A DNA stretch of 64,000 nt. Origin: Pseudomonadota bacterium. Its GTDB lineage: Bacteria; Pseudomonadota; Alphaproteobacteria; Rickettsiales; UBA3002. The translations under genes and the position numbers were made by a program. The stretch covers positions 207,919-271,918 of the forward strand of contig JAZKJM010000003.1 of assembly GCA_040384265.1 (NCBI GenBank), in the 5' to 3' direction. The notes below the pieces were generated by a model, which saw nothing but the letters and a program-made list of their open reading frames with translations, was not told where the DNA came from and did no database searches. Shown one piece after another: positions 48,371 through 57,176 of the stretch (the first letter of the stretch is position 1; every line of letters begins with the position of its first letter).

Positions 48371-49927
48371 GTGACCGCCAACCACGAACGTATTCTTATT
48401 CTCGACTTCGGTAGCCAGGTGACGCAGCTGATTGCGCGGCGCGTGCGTGAGGCCGGGGTTTACTGCGAAATTCACCCCTTTACGATGGGGATGGATGCGA
48501 TTCGCAACTATAACCCGCGCGGGATTATTCTTTCGGGTGGCCCGGCATCGGTGCATGCGGGGGCATCGCCGACGGTTTCGACCGAGATATTTGACCTGAA
48601 ACTGCCGATTTTGGGCATTTGCTATGGCGAGCAGCTGATTTGCAACCTGTTGGGCACCACGGTTGAGCCGAGCGATAAACGTGAATTCGGCCGCGCGCAG
48701 CTGGAAATTGTTGCAGATAGCCCGCTGTTTGAGGGTTTCTGGACGGCAGGCAATGCCTATCAGGTCTGGATGAGCCATGGCGATAAGATCACTGGTTTGC
48801 CGGAAGGATTTGCTGTCATCGGCCATACGCCGAGCGCGCCGTTTGCGGCGATTGGCGACGAACAACGCCGGATTTACGGGGTGCAATTCCATCCGGAAGT
48901 GGCGCATACGCCCGACGGCGCGAAGCTGCTGTCTAATTTTGTGCGCCGCATTTGCGGCTGCGAAGGCAATTGGAGCATGCGGCTGTTTTTGGCCGAGCAA
49001 ACCAATAAAATCCGTGCGCAAGTGGGCGATAGCCGGGTGATTTGCGGCGTTTCGGGCGGGGTCGATTCCTCGGTTGTCGCGAAATTGCTCCATGAGGCGA
49101 TTGGCGACAAGCTCACCTCGATTTTCGTCGATACTGGCATGCTGCGGCTGAACGAAGGCGAAGAAGTGAAGAAACGCTTCGAGGAAGCCTACGGCATTCC
49201 GCTGACCTATGTGGATGCAAGCCAGCTGTTTTTGGGCCGTTTGGCGGGTGTCAGCGATCCGGAACGCAAACGCAAAATCATCGGCGAAACGTTTATTGAG
49301 GTGTTCGAGCAGGAAGCAGCGCGGGTCAATGGCGCGGATTTCCTCGCGCAGGGCACGCTGTATCCGGATGTGATTGAATCCGTCTCGTTCCACGGTGGGC
49401 CGAGCGTGACGATCAAATCGCACCATAATGTCGGCGGGTTGCCCGATCGCATGAAAATGAAGCTGGTGGAGCCGCTGCGCGAGCTGTTCAAGGATGAAGT
49501 GCGGGCGCTGGGCATGGAGCTGGGCATTCCGCGCGACCTTGTGTACCGCCACCCGTTCCCGGGGCCGGGCCTTGCGATCCGCATTCCCGGTGAGGTGACG
49601 CTGGAGAAGCTGAACCTGCTGCGCCGGGCGGATGCGATTTATATCGAGGAACTGCGCACGAACGGGATTTATGACGATATCTGGCAGGCGTTCAGCGTGC
49701 TGTTGCCGGTGAAAACCGTCGGGGTGATGGGCGATGCGCGCACTTATGAGGCCGTGTGCGCCCTGCGCGCGGTGACGAGCACGGACGGCATGACGGCCGA
49801 TATTTACCATTTCGACTCGCATCTGCTGCATAAAATCGCCGGGCGGATTGTCAATGAAGTGCGCGGGATTAACCGCGTGGTCTATGACATCACGAGCAAA
49901 CCACCGGCGACGATTGAGTGGGAATAG
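48371..49927 (+). CDS. guaA: GMP synthase (glutamine-hydrolysing)
   Basis: GTG start. [17 protein letters not shown], the GATase triad region, the PP-loop [10 protein letters not shown], and the C-terminal ..PPATIEWE. Confidence 0.97.
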   Translation: MTANHERILILDFGSQVTQLIARRVREAGVYCEIHPFTMGMDAIRNYNPRGIILSGGPASVHAGASPTVSTEIFDLKLPILGICYGEQLICNLLGTTVEPSDKREFGRAQLEIVADSPLFEGFWTAGNAYQVWMSHGDKITGLPEGFAVIGHTPSAPFAAIGDEQRRIYGVQFHPEVAHTPDGAKLLSNFVRRICGCEGNWSMRLFLAEQTNKIRAQVGDSRVICGVSGGVDSSVVAKLLHEAIGDKLTSIFVDTGMLRLNEGEEVKKRFEEAYGIPLTYVDASQLFLGRLAGVSDPERKRKIIGETFIEVFEQEAARVNGADFLAQGTLYPDVIESVSFHGGPSVTIKSHHNVGGLPDRMKMKLVEPLRELFKDEVRALGMELGIPRDLVYRHPFPGPGLAIRIPGEVTLEKLNLLRRADAIYIEELRTNGIYDDIWQAFSVLLPVKTVGVMGDARTYEAVCALRAVTSTDGMTADIYHFDSHLLHKIAGRIVNEVRGINRVVYDITSKPPATIEWE

Positions 49928-49995
49928 CAACGCCGTTGAAACCTGCACGGCATTCGCGTAGAGATACGCCAGTACGTTAACCTTGAGGAAGCATC

Positions 49996-50619
49996 ATGGC
50001 CGATAGTTTGATACGCGAAGTGGACGAGGCGTTGCGCGCCGATAAGATCGATCAGTTCTGGGCGAAATACCGCGCGGCGATCCTGTTTTTCTGCGTGGCG
50101 CTGGTGGTGGCGACGGCCGCGGTGAGCATGTGGAACCATTATCAGGAAAAACGCGGCGGCGCGCTGATGCTGCGCTTTGCGGAAGCGCAAGTGCTGTTTG
50201 AAAGCGGCACGCTGGATGAGGCGGCGGCGGGCTATGCGGCGATTGCGGCGGACACCAGCGGCGAGCTGCGCGATCTGGCGCAATTATGGCAGGCGCGGGC
50301 GCTGATTTCAGCCGAGAAAACGAGCGCGGCGGTGCCAGTGCTGAAAGATGCCGCAAGCAACGGCAAAAGCCTGTGGGCGGATATTGCCTGCCTGCGGTTG
50401 GCGGGGATCGATGCCAAGGAAGCGACCTGCCTGAGCGATGGGAAAGCCTCGCCATTGGCCAGCGAAAAAGCGCAGTGGGCAGCGGCCAGCCAATGGGCAG
50501 CAGGCGACCATGATGGCGCGATTGCCAGCATTGAAAAACAAATCGCTGATGCGGCGACGAGCCCCGATGCGCGGGCCCGGCTGTCGCAGTGGCTGCTGAG
50601 CATGAAGGCGCAGAAGTGA
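49996..50619 (+). CDS. YfgM-like TPR/membrane-anchored protein
   Basis: N-terminal ..IREVDEALRADKIDQFWAKY.. followed by a TM helix. Gene order yfgM-bamB-der as in E. coli. GAGGAA RBS. Confidence 0.75.
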   Translation: MADSLIREVDEALRADKIDQFWAKYRAAILFFCVALVVATAAVSMWNHYQEKRGGALMLRFAEAQVLFESGTLDEAAAGYAAIAADTSGELRDLAQLWQARALISAEKTSAAVPVLKDAASNGKSLWADIACLRLAGIDAKEATCLSDGKASPLASEKAQWAAASQWAAGDHDGAIASIEKQIADAATSPDARARLSQWLLSMKAQK

Positions 50620-52037
50620 AGTCCTTGCTGCATAGCCTGACTGAGCCGTGCGTAGCGCGACTGCGCGTAGCCGGAGCGAAGCGAACGAGGGGGAGCGCAG
50701 CGGGGGCGGGACGCCCCCTGCACGCAGTGCTGGTCATCAGCATGCTGGCGTTGTCAGCATGCGGCGAGCTGCCTGAGTGGATGGGTGGCAGCACGCCGCC
50801 GATCAAGCGGACGCCCGGCGAGCGGGTGGATGTGGTGCTCAACCCGCTGGCGCTGAAGCCTGATGAAGCGGTGCAGAACGTGCCGGTGGAAATTCCCGAA
50901 CAGACCAATCTCGACCAGTGGAAAAGCCTCAATCAGGCGATGCTGACGGCCCATATCGGCCTGACCGGGGTGACGAACGACCAGGATGCGAGCATCGGTG
51001 ATAGCAATGCGTTCACCCGCAGCAGTGCGCCGTCGCCGGTGGTGGCGGGCGGGCTGGTGTTTGCGATGGATGCGGCGGGGATTGTTTCCGCGCATGATGA
51101 GAAGGATATCGACGAGGTGCGCTGGGTGGATGAGACCAGCCACAAGCGGGCGATGGCGGATGCGCTGGGTGGCGGGCTTGCCGTGAGCGATGGGGTGGTT
51201 TACGCGACCACGGGGTATGGCAATCTGCGGGCGCTGGATGCGGCGACGGGTGCGCCGAAATGGAGCATCAGCGTCGGTGCGCCGGTGCGCAGCGCGCCCG
51301 CGGTGGATGGCGACAAGGTGATTGTGCTGACGGCGGATAACCAGACGCTGGCCTATGATGCGGCGACCGGCCAGCCGCGCTGGGAGCATCGTGGCATCCG
51401 CGAAACGGCAGGGTATTTCTCGACGACCTCCCCCGTGGTGAGCGACGGGATTGTGATTTCCGCCTATTCCTCCGGCGAGCTGTTTGCGATCCGCGCGGAA
51501 TCGGGTTCGGTGCTGTGGAGCGACACGATTGGTGCGACCGTGAAAACGCGGGCCAGCGCCATTTTCAGCGGGATCGATGCCAACCCGATTGTGCAGGAAG
51601 GCGTGGTGGTGGTCATCAGCGCCAGTGGTGAAATGCAGGCGAGCGCGCTGCTGAATGGCCGCCCGCTCTGGCAGCAGCGCATTGGTGCGCATAACACGCC
51701 GTGGTCGGCGGGCAACGCGCTGTTTGTGCTGAGCGATACGCATGATATTGCGGCGGTGTTTAAACGCGATGGCTCGGTGCGCTGGGCGACATCGCTTGCC
51801 GTGCGCGACCCGCGCGATGCGAGCAAAGACCTCACCCCGACGCTGTATGGCCCGATTCTCTCCGCCAACGCCTTGCTGGTGCTTTCGGAAGATGGGCGGT
51901 TGAGCAGCTTCAAGCCCACCACCGGCGAGCATATCGGCGATTACGAGTTGGCGGATGGGATTGTCAGCAACCCCATCGTCGCCAATGGTGCGATGTATGT
52001 GGTGACGCGCGATGCGAGATTACATAAGTATTATTAG
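50616..52037 (+). CDS. bamB: outer membrane protein assembly factor BamB (signal peptide interrupted by repeat-derived insert)
   Basis: PQQ-like beta-propeller repeats and the lipobox LALSAC. Start taken at GTG 50616 (GTGA overlap with the upstream stop). ATG 50589 and GTG 50727 are alternatives. Confidence 0.85.
   Translation: MKSLLHSLTEPCVARLRVAGAKRTRGSAAGAGRPLHAVLVISMLALSACGELPEWMGGSTPPIKRTPGERVDVVLNPLALKPDEAVQNVPVEIPEQTNLDQWKSLNQAMLTAHIGLTGVTNDQDASIGDSNAFTRSSAPSPVVAGGLVFAMDAAGIVSAHDEKDIDEVRWVDETSHKRAMADALGGGLAVSDGVVYATTGYGNLRALDAATGAPKWSISVGAPVRSAPAVDGDKVIVLTADNQTLAYDAATGQPRWEHRGIRETAGYFSTTSPVVSDGIVISAYSSGELFAIRAESGSVLWSDTIGATVKTRASAIFSGIDANPIVQEGVVVVISASGEMQASALLNGRPLWQQRIGAHNTPWSAGNALFVLSDTHDIAAVFKRDGSVRWATSLAVRDPRDASKDLTPTLYGPILSANALLVLSEDGRLSSFKPTTGEHIGDYELADGIVSNPIVANGAMYVVTRDARLHKYY
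50634..50717 (-). repeat. family E core module inserted inside bamB 5' coding region
   Basis: The reverse complement matches the E core (GGGGCGTCCCGCCCC..CGCTCCCCCTCGTTCGC..CCGGCTACGCGCAGTCGCGCT.CGCACGG). Flanked by direct CTGCAT (50628-50633) and CTGCAC (50718-50723). Confidence 0.8.
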
Positions 52038-52044
52038 TAGTTTA

Positions 52045-52175
52045 GCGGCTTCGCCGCGTGGGGGGCGGGCCCCCCGCTTCGCTCCCCCTCGTTCGCTCCG
52101 CTCCGGCTACGCGCAGTCGCGCTGCGCATGGCTTGCCTGAGGCCATGCATTTTTTAGTGTTCCCTTGGGCTTGCC
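52045..52175 (+). repeat. family E intergenic repeat (subtype 2)
   Basis: GCGGCttcGCCGC hairpin 8 nt after the bamB stop, then the E core and a GGCCATGCATTTTTTAG tail. Inverted relative to the copy at 50634..50717. Confidence 0.85.
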
Positions 52176-52219
52176 TAACAGCGTGACAAATCAAAGAGAT
52201 ACGTGTAGAGGGACGGGCT

Positions 52220-53704
52220 ATGTATGATTCCATGCCGCTTTTGGCCATTATTGGCCGCCCGAATGTTGGGAAATCGACGCTGTTTAATCGGCTTGTCGGG
52301 CGGCGCATTGCGCTGGTCGATGACCAGCCGGGCGTGACACGTGACCGCCGCTATGCGGATGGCAGCTTGGCCGATTTGCGCTTCCGCCTGATCGATACGG
52401 CGGGGATGGAAGAAGCGGCGCCGACATCGCTTGCCACGCGGATGTTCGAGCAGACCAAAGCGGCGATGGATGAGGCGGATATCCTGCTGTTCGTAGTCGA
52501 TGCGCGGGCCGGGGTGACGCCGATTGACGAGCATTTCGCGCAGCTGGTGCGCCAGAGCAATAAGCCGGTGATTCTGGTCGGCAACAAGGCCGAATCGGCG
52601 CGGTCGAATGCGTCGAGCGATGTCTATACGCTGGGGTTTGAAAACCTGGTGCTGCTTTCCGCCGAGCATGGCGAGGGCATGGGCGATCTCTATGATGTGC
52701 TGCGCCAGCAGATTGAGGGTGACTCGGCGTATGTGGAGCCGGAGAAGGCCGCCAAAGCCAAGCGCAAAAAGAAACCCGCGAAGAAAGTGACCCGCACCAC
52801 GCCGTTTGAAGCGCCGGTGACGGAAGAAGAACTCGAAGACAACGATATGGGCCCGGAAATTGACCAGGGCAAGCCGATCAACCTGGTGATTCTGGGTCGC
52901 CCGAACGCGGGCAAATCGACGCTGATTAACTCGCTGATTGGCGAGGACCGCTTGCTGGTCGGCCCGGAAGCCGGGATCACACGCGATGCGATTGCGGTGC
53001 CGTTTGATTATCACGGCACGCGGTTTTTGCTGCATGACACGGCGGGTATGCGCAAACGGGCCAATGTGCAGGGTAAAATCGAGAAGCTGGCGGTCAATGA
53101 TTCGATCCGCGCGCTGACGTTTGCCGAGGTGGTTGTGGTGCTGATCGACGCGACCGCCCCGCTGGAGAAGCAGGATGCAACGCTGGCCTCGCTGGTCGAG
53201 CGTGAGGGCCGCGCCTGCGTGATCGGGCTCAATAAATGGGATTTGATCCCGATGGGCGAGCGCAAGGCGTTCCTTGAGGAAATCCATTACATGCTGAACA
53301 AGCAGTTGTCGCAGCTGTCGGGCATTACGGTGGCGCCGGTGTCGGCGCTGAAGAAAACCGGGCTCGATGCGTTGTTCAACGCCTGCCTGAGCGCGCGCGC
53401 GGTGTGGGATAAGCGTGTGCCCACGGCGGAGATGAACCGCTGGCTGGAAGGGGTGATGGCGCATCACAGCCCGCCGCTGGTGAAGGGCCGCCGCCTCAAA
53501 ATCAAATATATCACGCAGGTGAAGGCCCGCCCGCCGACCTTCCACCTGTTTTGCAACATGGCCGATGAGTTCCCGGAATCCTATCTGCGCTATATCACCT
53601 CCGGCCTGCGCACCACCTTCGACCTGTTCGGCACGCCGATCCGGCTGATCCTGAAGGAAAGCAATAACCCGTTCGAAAAGAACAAGAAACGGATTAATAA
53701 GTAA
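52220..53704 (+). CDS. der: ribosome biogenesis GTPase Der (EngA)
   Basis: Two GTPase domains (GRPNVGKSTLFN and GRPNAGKSTLIN) separated by a charged linker, plus a KH-like C-terminal domain. GAGGGA RBS. Confidence 0.95.
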   Translation: MYDSMPLLAIIGRPNVGKSTLFNRLVGRRIALVDDQPGVTRDRRYADGSLADLRFRLIDTAGMEEAAPTSLATRMFEQTKAAMDEADILLFVVDARAGVTPIDEHFAQLVRQSNKPVILVGNKAESARSNASSDVYTLGFENLVLLSAEHGEGMGDLYDVLRQQIEGDSAYVEPEKAAKAKRKKKPAKKVTRTTPFEAPVTEEELEDNDMGPEIDQGKPINLVILGRPNAGKSTLINSLIGEDRLLVGPEAGITRDAIAVPFDYHGTRFLLHDTAGMRKRANVQGKIEKLAVNDSIRALTFAEVVVVLIDATAPLEKQDATLASLVEREGRACVIGLNKWDLIPMGERKAFLEEIHYMLNKQLSQLSGITVAPVSALKKTGLDALFNACLSARAVWDKRVPTAEMNRWLEGVMAHHSPPLVKGRRLKIKYITQVKARPPTFHLFCNMADEFPESYLRYITSGLRTTFDLFGTPIRLILKESNNPFEKNKKRINK

Positions 53705-53797
53705 TCGTTTCGGTGCGACAATTGTCATCAATTGTTCACACTATCTTTATCAATGTAGGCCTATACTTCCCTCAGCAATAATCTTGGGAGACTCGGT

Positions 53798-54406
53798 ATG
53801 GGTGCATTTAGGGATATGTTCGCAAGCGTGAAGAATACCTCCATCTATAATCAGGTAGTGGGAGAGCCAATCGCCACGGAGTCGGGGTCTCGGTTTACGC
53901 TACGCTCCTGTTCGAGCGAGCTGGAATCAGAAATTCGTCAGCAATATCCCAGCGCGATCTTTGAGGTGAATGAGGAAGGCCGCATTGGAAGCTATTTTTT
54001 GACATTAAACGCTGGCGAGGCCGCCCGTTTTCATGATCATTGTTTGCAGCAGCACCTGAGCCCGCTCTGTAATGGCACCCGCATTTCGGCCTCGGATGAG
54101 GGGCTGTTTGGTGAGATTAAGGGCACTATCCCGACCAGTGATGGGGTGAAAATCACCTTTAAAGGGGATAAAGGGTGGCTCCCTGATGCTATTCTCCGCA
54201 AATTTCCGACGCATGGCACTGAGGTGAAGGATGATGAGCATGCTCCCTCACCCGATCCCTACCAACATCTCGCGCCGAAGGATCGTCCGCCTCTGGAAAC
54301 GGAGCCTGTCGTTATCCGGCTTCATGGGGTGGTGGCTGAACAATTCCAGGAGGAATATGCGGCCTATCTCAACCGCCCCAAAGCGGTGTTTGGTGGCCGC
54401 GAGTAG
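53798..54406 (+). CDS. hypothetical protein (orphan, lower G+C)
   Basis: 202-aa ORF with GGGAGA 6 nt upstream. No TM segment or signal peptide, and no family I recognise. Confidence 0.5.
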   Translation: MGAFRDMFASVKNTSIYNQVVGEPIATESGSRFTLRSCSSELESEIRQQYPSAIFEVNEEGRIGSYFLTLNAGEAARFHDHCLQQHLSPLCNGTRISASDEGLFGEIKGTIPTSDGVKITFKGDKGWLPDAILRKFPTHGTEVKDDEHAPSPDPYQHLAPKDRPPLETEPVVIRLHGVVAEQFQEEYAAYLNRPKAVFGGRE

Positions 54407-54456
54407 AATTGTGATACCCCCTAGCAATCCACGTGCGCCGTGCTATATCACTGCGC

Positions 54457-55386
54457 ATGAGTGATGCAGCGATTGAAATCAAGGATCTCAAGAAAACCTA
54501 CCGCGACCGCAAGACGGGCGAGGAGAAGGTGGCGCTGCATGGCGTGAACCTGACCATTCCGCGCGGCTCGTTTTTTGGGCTGCTTGGCCCCAACGGCGCC
54601 GGGAAATCGACGCTGATTAATATTCTCGCGGGGACGGTGCTGAAAACGTCCGGCAGCGTGACCATCGGCGGTCATGACCTCGATGCGGATGTGCGCAAGG
54701 CCAAGATGGCGATCGGGATTGTGCCGCAGGAGCTGGTGCTCGATACGTTTTTCACGGTGCGCCAGGCGCTCGAAATCACGGCGGGGTATTACGGCATTCC
54801 CAAGGCCAAGCGCCGCACGGATGAAATCATCGATGCAATGGGCCTGCGCGACAAGGCGGATTCGCCGTCGCGGCGGCTTTCGGGCGGGATGCGCCGCCGG
54901 TTGCTGATCGGCAAGGCGCTGGTGCATACGCCGCCGGTGCTGGTGCTCGATGAGCCGACCGCCGGGGTGGATGTGGAATTGCGCCGCAGCCTGTGGGGCT
55001 ATGTGAAGCAGCTCAACCAGGCGGGTACGACGATTCTGCTGACGACCCATTACCTCGAAGAAGCCGAGGAATTGTGCGATGAAATCGCCATCATCACCAA
55101 GGGCCGCGTGATCGCGCGGGATCGCAAGGATACGCTGATGGGCGGGGTGGATAGCAAGCAGGTGCTGTTTACGCTCAACACGCCGCTGACAGAGGTGCCA
55201 CCCGCATTTGCCGATATGCAGGCGGAAGTGATTGGCGGGAAACTGGTGGTAAAATACCAGCCGAGCACGTCGCATATGGATGACATCCTCGCCCGGTTGA
55301 GCAAGGCGGGCCTTGGCATTCGTGATATTTCGACCAAAGAGGTTGAGCTGGAAGATTTGTTTATTTCGCTTACAAGCGCGGCGTAG
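54457..55386 (+). CDS. ABC transporter ATP-binding protein (ABC-2/YadG-like)
   Basis: Walker A GPNGAGKST, signature LSGGMRRRL, Walker B LVLDEPTAGVD, and a C-terminal extension. ATG 54457 chosen; GTG 54433 is possible. Confidence 0.9.
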   Translation: MSDAAIEIKDLKKTYRDRKTGEEKVALHGVNLTIPRGSFFGLLGPNGAGKSTLINILAGTVLKTSGSVTIGGHDLDADVRKAKMAIGIVPQELVLDTFFTVRQALEITAGYYGIPKAKRRTDEIIDAMGLRDKADSPSRRLSGGMRRRLLIGKALVHTPPVLVLDEPTAGVDVELRRSLWGYVKQLNQAGTTILLTTHYLEEAEELCDEIAIITKGRVIARDRKDTLMGGVDSKQVLFTLNTPLTEVPPAFADMQAEVIGGKLVVKYQPSTSHMDDILARLSKAGLGIRDISTKEVELEDLFISLTSAA

Positions 55387-55407
55387 CAGCGCTTGCTGCG
55401 CTTTTTT
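55386..55407 (+). terminator. weak candidate Rho-independent terminator
   Basis: GCAGC gctt GCTGC 5-bp stem, then GC and a T6 run, starting at the ABC ATPase stop codon. Confidence 0.3.
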
Positions 55408-55412
55408 AGTTA

Positions 55413-55545
55413 GCGCCTTTGGCGCGTGGGGCGTGCCGCCCCAGCTACCGCTCCCCTCGTTCGCGCTTACGCGCTCCGCACGGCTAAATGGGGACTATGC
55501 ATTTTCTCACCTGCTCCCGTGTGTCCCCACCTCCCTCCCTTGTCA
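55413..55545 (+). repeat. family E intergenic repeat (subtype 2, lacking the GCGCAGTCGCGCTGCGC sub-module)
   Basis: GCGCCtttGGCGC hairpin, GGGGCGTGCCGCCCC, CGCTCCCCTCGTTCGCGCTTACGCGCTCCGCACGG, GGGGACTATGCATTTTCTC, then a ..CTTGTCATCC tail. Confidence 0.85.
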
Positions 55546-55562
55546 TCCCGGCCTTGTGCCGG

Positions 55563-55757
55563 ACCCGGAGCGTAGCGGAGAGAGGCGAAGCCAATCCGGC
55601 GCGCGTGAGCGCAGGCAATACTACTTGCGGTGAAACCGGACCCCGTCATGCGGCGGGGTGACAGTGTGTGGGAGGGGGACTCCTCTTATGGGACGGGAGT
55701 ATTGTTGGCGCTTGCGCGCGATGGATTGGCTTCGCCTCTCTCCGCTACGCTCCGGGT
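55563..55757. repeat. family F element: 195-bp palindrome with perfect 35-bp terminal inverted repeats
   Basis: ACCCGGAGCGTAGCGGAGAGAGGCGAAGCCAATCC (55563-55597) is the exact reverse complement of 55723-55757. The interior is itself imperfectly palindromic and carries the D-type hairpin GGACCCCGTCATGCGGCGGGGTGACAG (55638-55664). Confidence 0.9.
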
Positions 55758-55871
55758 CTGAAATAAGTTCAGGATAACGTGGTTAGGGTGGGGGCAGGGA
55801 CCGGTCTGGAAAAGATGGTGGTATCGGGTGGTGGGTGTGGGCTATAGGATGGGCAATCGAGGGAGTGGTGG

Positions 55872-57119
55872 ATGCGTGCGAGTATGCGGATGATGCGGCA
55901 GGAGCCGGTGTGGGGGGTGGCGTATCTGGCGGCGCTGCTGCTGCCGTGGATGCTGGTTTTTTCGCGGCTGGGGGCGGAGATTTGCTGCGCCTTGGCGGGG
56001 CTTGCGTTCCTGTGGCACAGCATTCGCACACGCGACTGGAGCTGGACGCGTGACCCGTTTTTGCTTGTGTGTTTGCTGGCCTATTTGTGGCTGGTGCTGG
56101 TGGTGACGCCGCTGGCGCTCGACCCTAGCGCATCGTTCAAAGAGGCGTTGACGTGGTTCCGCATGCCGCTGCTGTTTGCGAGCCTGCGCTATTTTGTGTT
56201 GGTGCGGCGCGAAGCGCGGGTGGGGCTTGCCTGGACAGGGGCGCTGTTGCTGGCGTTGGTGATGGTCGATACGCTATGGCAATTCGCCCATGGCATTTCG
56301 CTTTCGGGCATGGTGGCGCCGGGGAACGGGCGGCTGAGCGGGCCGTTTAATGCTCCCAAAGTGGGGCTGTTTATTGCGAAATTACTGCTGCCCATTGCCG
56401 CGCTGCTGTTCGTTTTTGGGCCCACGCGGCAGCGCCGCAACGTGATCGCGGCAGCCGGGTTGCTGCTGGTTGGGTTGATGACGATTATCCTCTCCGGCGA
56501 GCGCTCGGCGTTTTTGAGTACGGTGCTCGGCGCGGCGGTGGTGATGGCGCTGCTGGTGCTGCGCGACAAACGGCTGCGTGGGCCGTGTTTGCTGGCGACG
56601 GCGGGCGGGATCGTGCTGGCGGCGGGGTTGTACCTGAGCACGCCGACCGTGCAGGTACGCGCGCAGCAAATGCTGCAGGTGATGCAGCATTATCCGCAAA
56701 GCGATTATGGTGTGCTGGCGGCGGCCGGGGTGAGGATGGGCATCGACCATCCGCTGCATGGGGTGGGGCTGAAGGGGTTCCGCGCGCTGTGTCCGGAGCT
56801 GGCCTATGCGGGCGGCACCTTCCGTGGCATGCACCCGCATAACGTGTTTGTGGAATGGTTCTGCGAGGCGGGCGTGGTGGGGCTGTTATTGTTGATCGGC
56901 ATGCTGGGGATGCTGGCCCGCGAGGCGTGGCGCGCGCTGGGTGCGGCGCAGGGCGCGCAGCGGCTGTTACCCGCGGTGGCGCTGGGGGTGCTGGTGCAGC
57001 ATTTCTTCCCGCTGATGGGCATGCAGAGCTATTTCACCAACTGGCCGGCGCTTTTGGTCTGGTTCTCGCTGAGCGCGGCGTTTGCGGGGCTGCCGCTTTT
57101 ACATAAAAAAACGCAATAA
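55872..57119 (+). CDS. O-antigen ligase (Wzy_C) family membrane protein
   Basis: 415-aa polytopic protein with LSGERSAFL and HPHNVFVEWFCEAG motifs. GAGGGAG RBS. Confidence 0.8.
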   Translation: MRASMRMMRQEPVWGVAYLAALLLPWMLVFSRLGAEICCALAGLAFLWHSIRTRDWSWTRDPFLLVCLLAYLWLVLVVTPLALDPSASFKEALTWFRMPLLFASLRYFVLVRREARVGLAWTGALLLALVMVDTLWQFAHGISLSGMVAPGNGRLSGPFNAPKVGLFIAKLLLPIAALLFVFGPTRQRRNVIAAAGLLLVGLMTIILSGERSAFLSTVLGAAVVMALLVLRDKRLRGPCLLATAGGIVLAAGLYLSTPTVQVRAQQMLQVMQHYPQSDYGVLAAAGVRMGIDHPLHGVGLKGFRALCPELAYAGGTFRGMHPHNVFVEWFCEAGVVGLLLLIGMLGMLAREAWRALGAAQGAQRLLPAVALGVLVQHFFPLMGMQSYFTNWPALLVWFSLSAAFAGLPLLHKKTQ

Positions 57120-57176
57120 TCCTTGCCTAGGGGCGGGTGAGCGTCTAGTAATTCTGCCATTTTTGGGGGGATTCCG

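Noticed and set aside
50589-50615. ATG 50589 as the bamB start (MAAEHEGAEV..).
   Set aside because: It lies 31 nt inside the yfgM-like gene and adds 9 more non-signal residues. GTG 50616, which overlaps the upstream TGA, gives the MKSLLH.. n-region and fits translational coupling. ATG 50589 cannot be excluded without experimental data.
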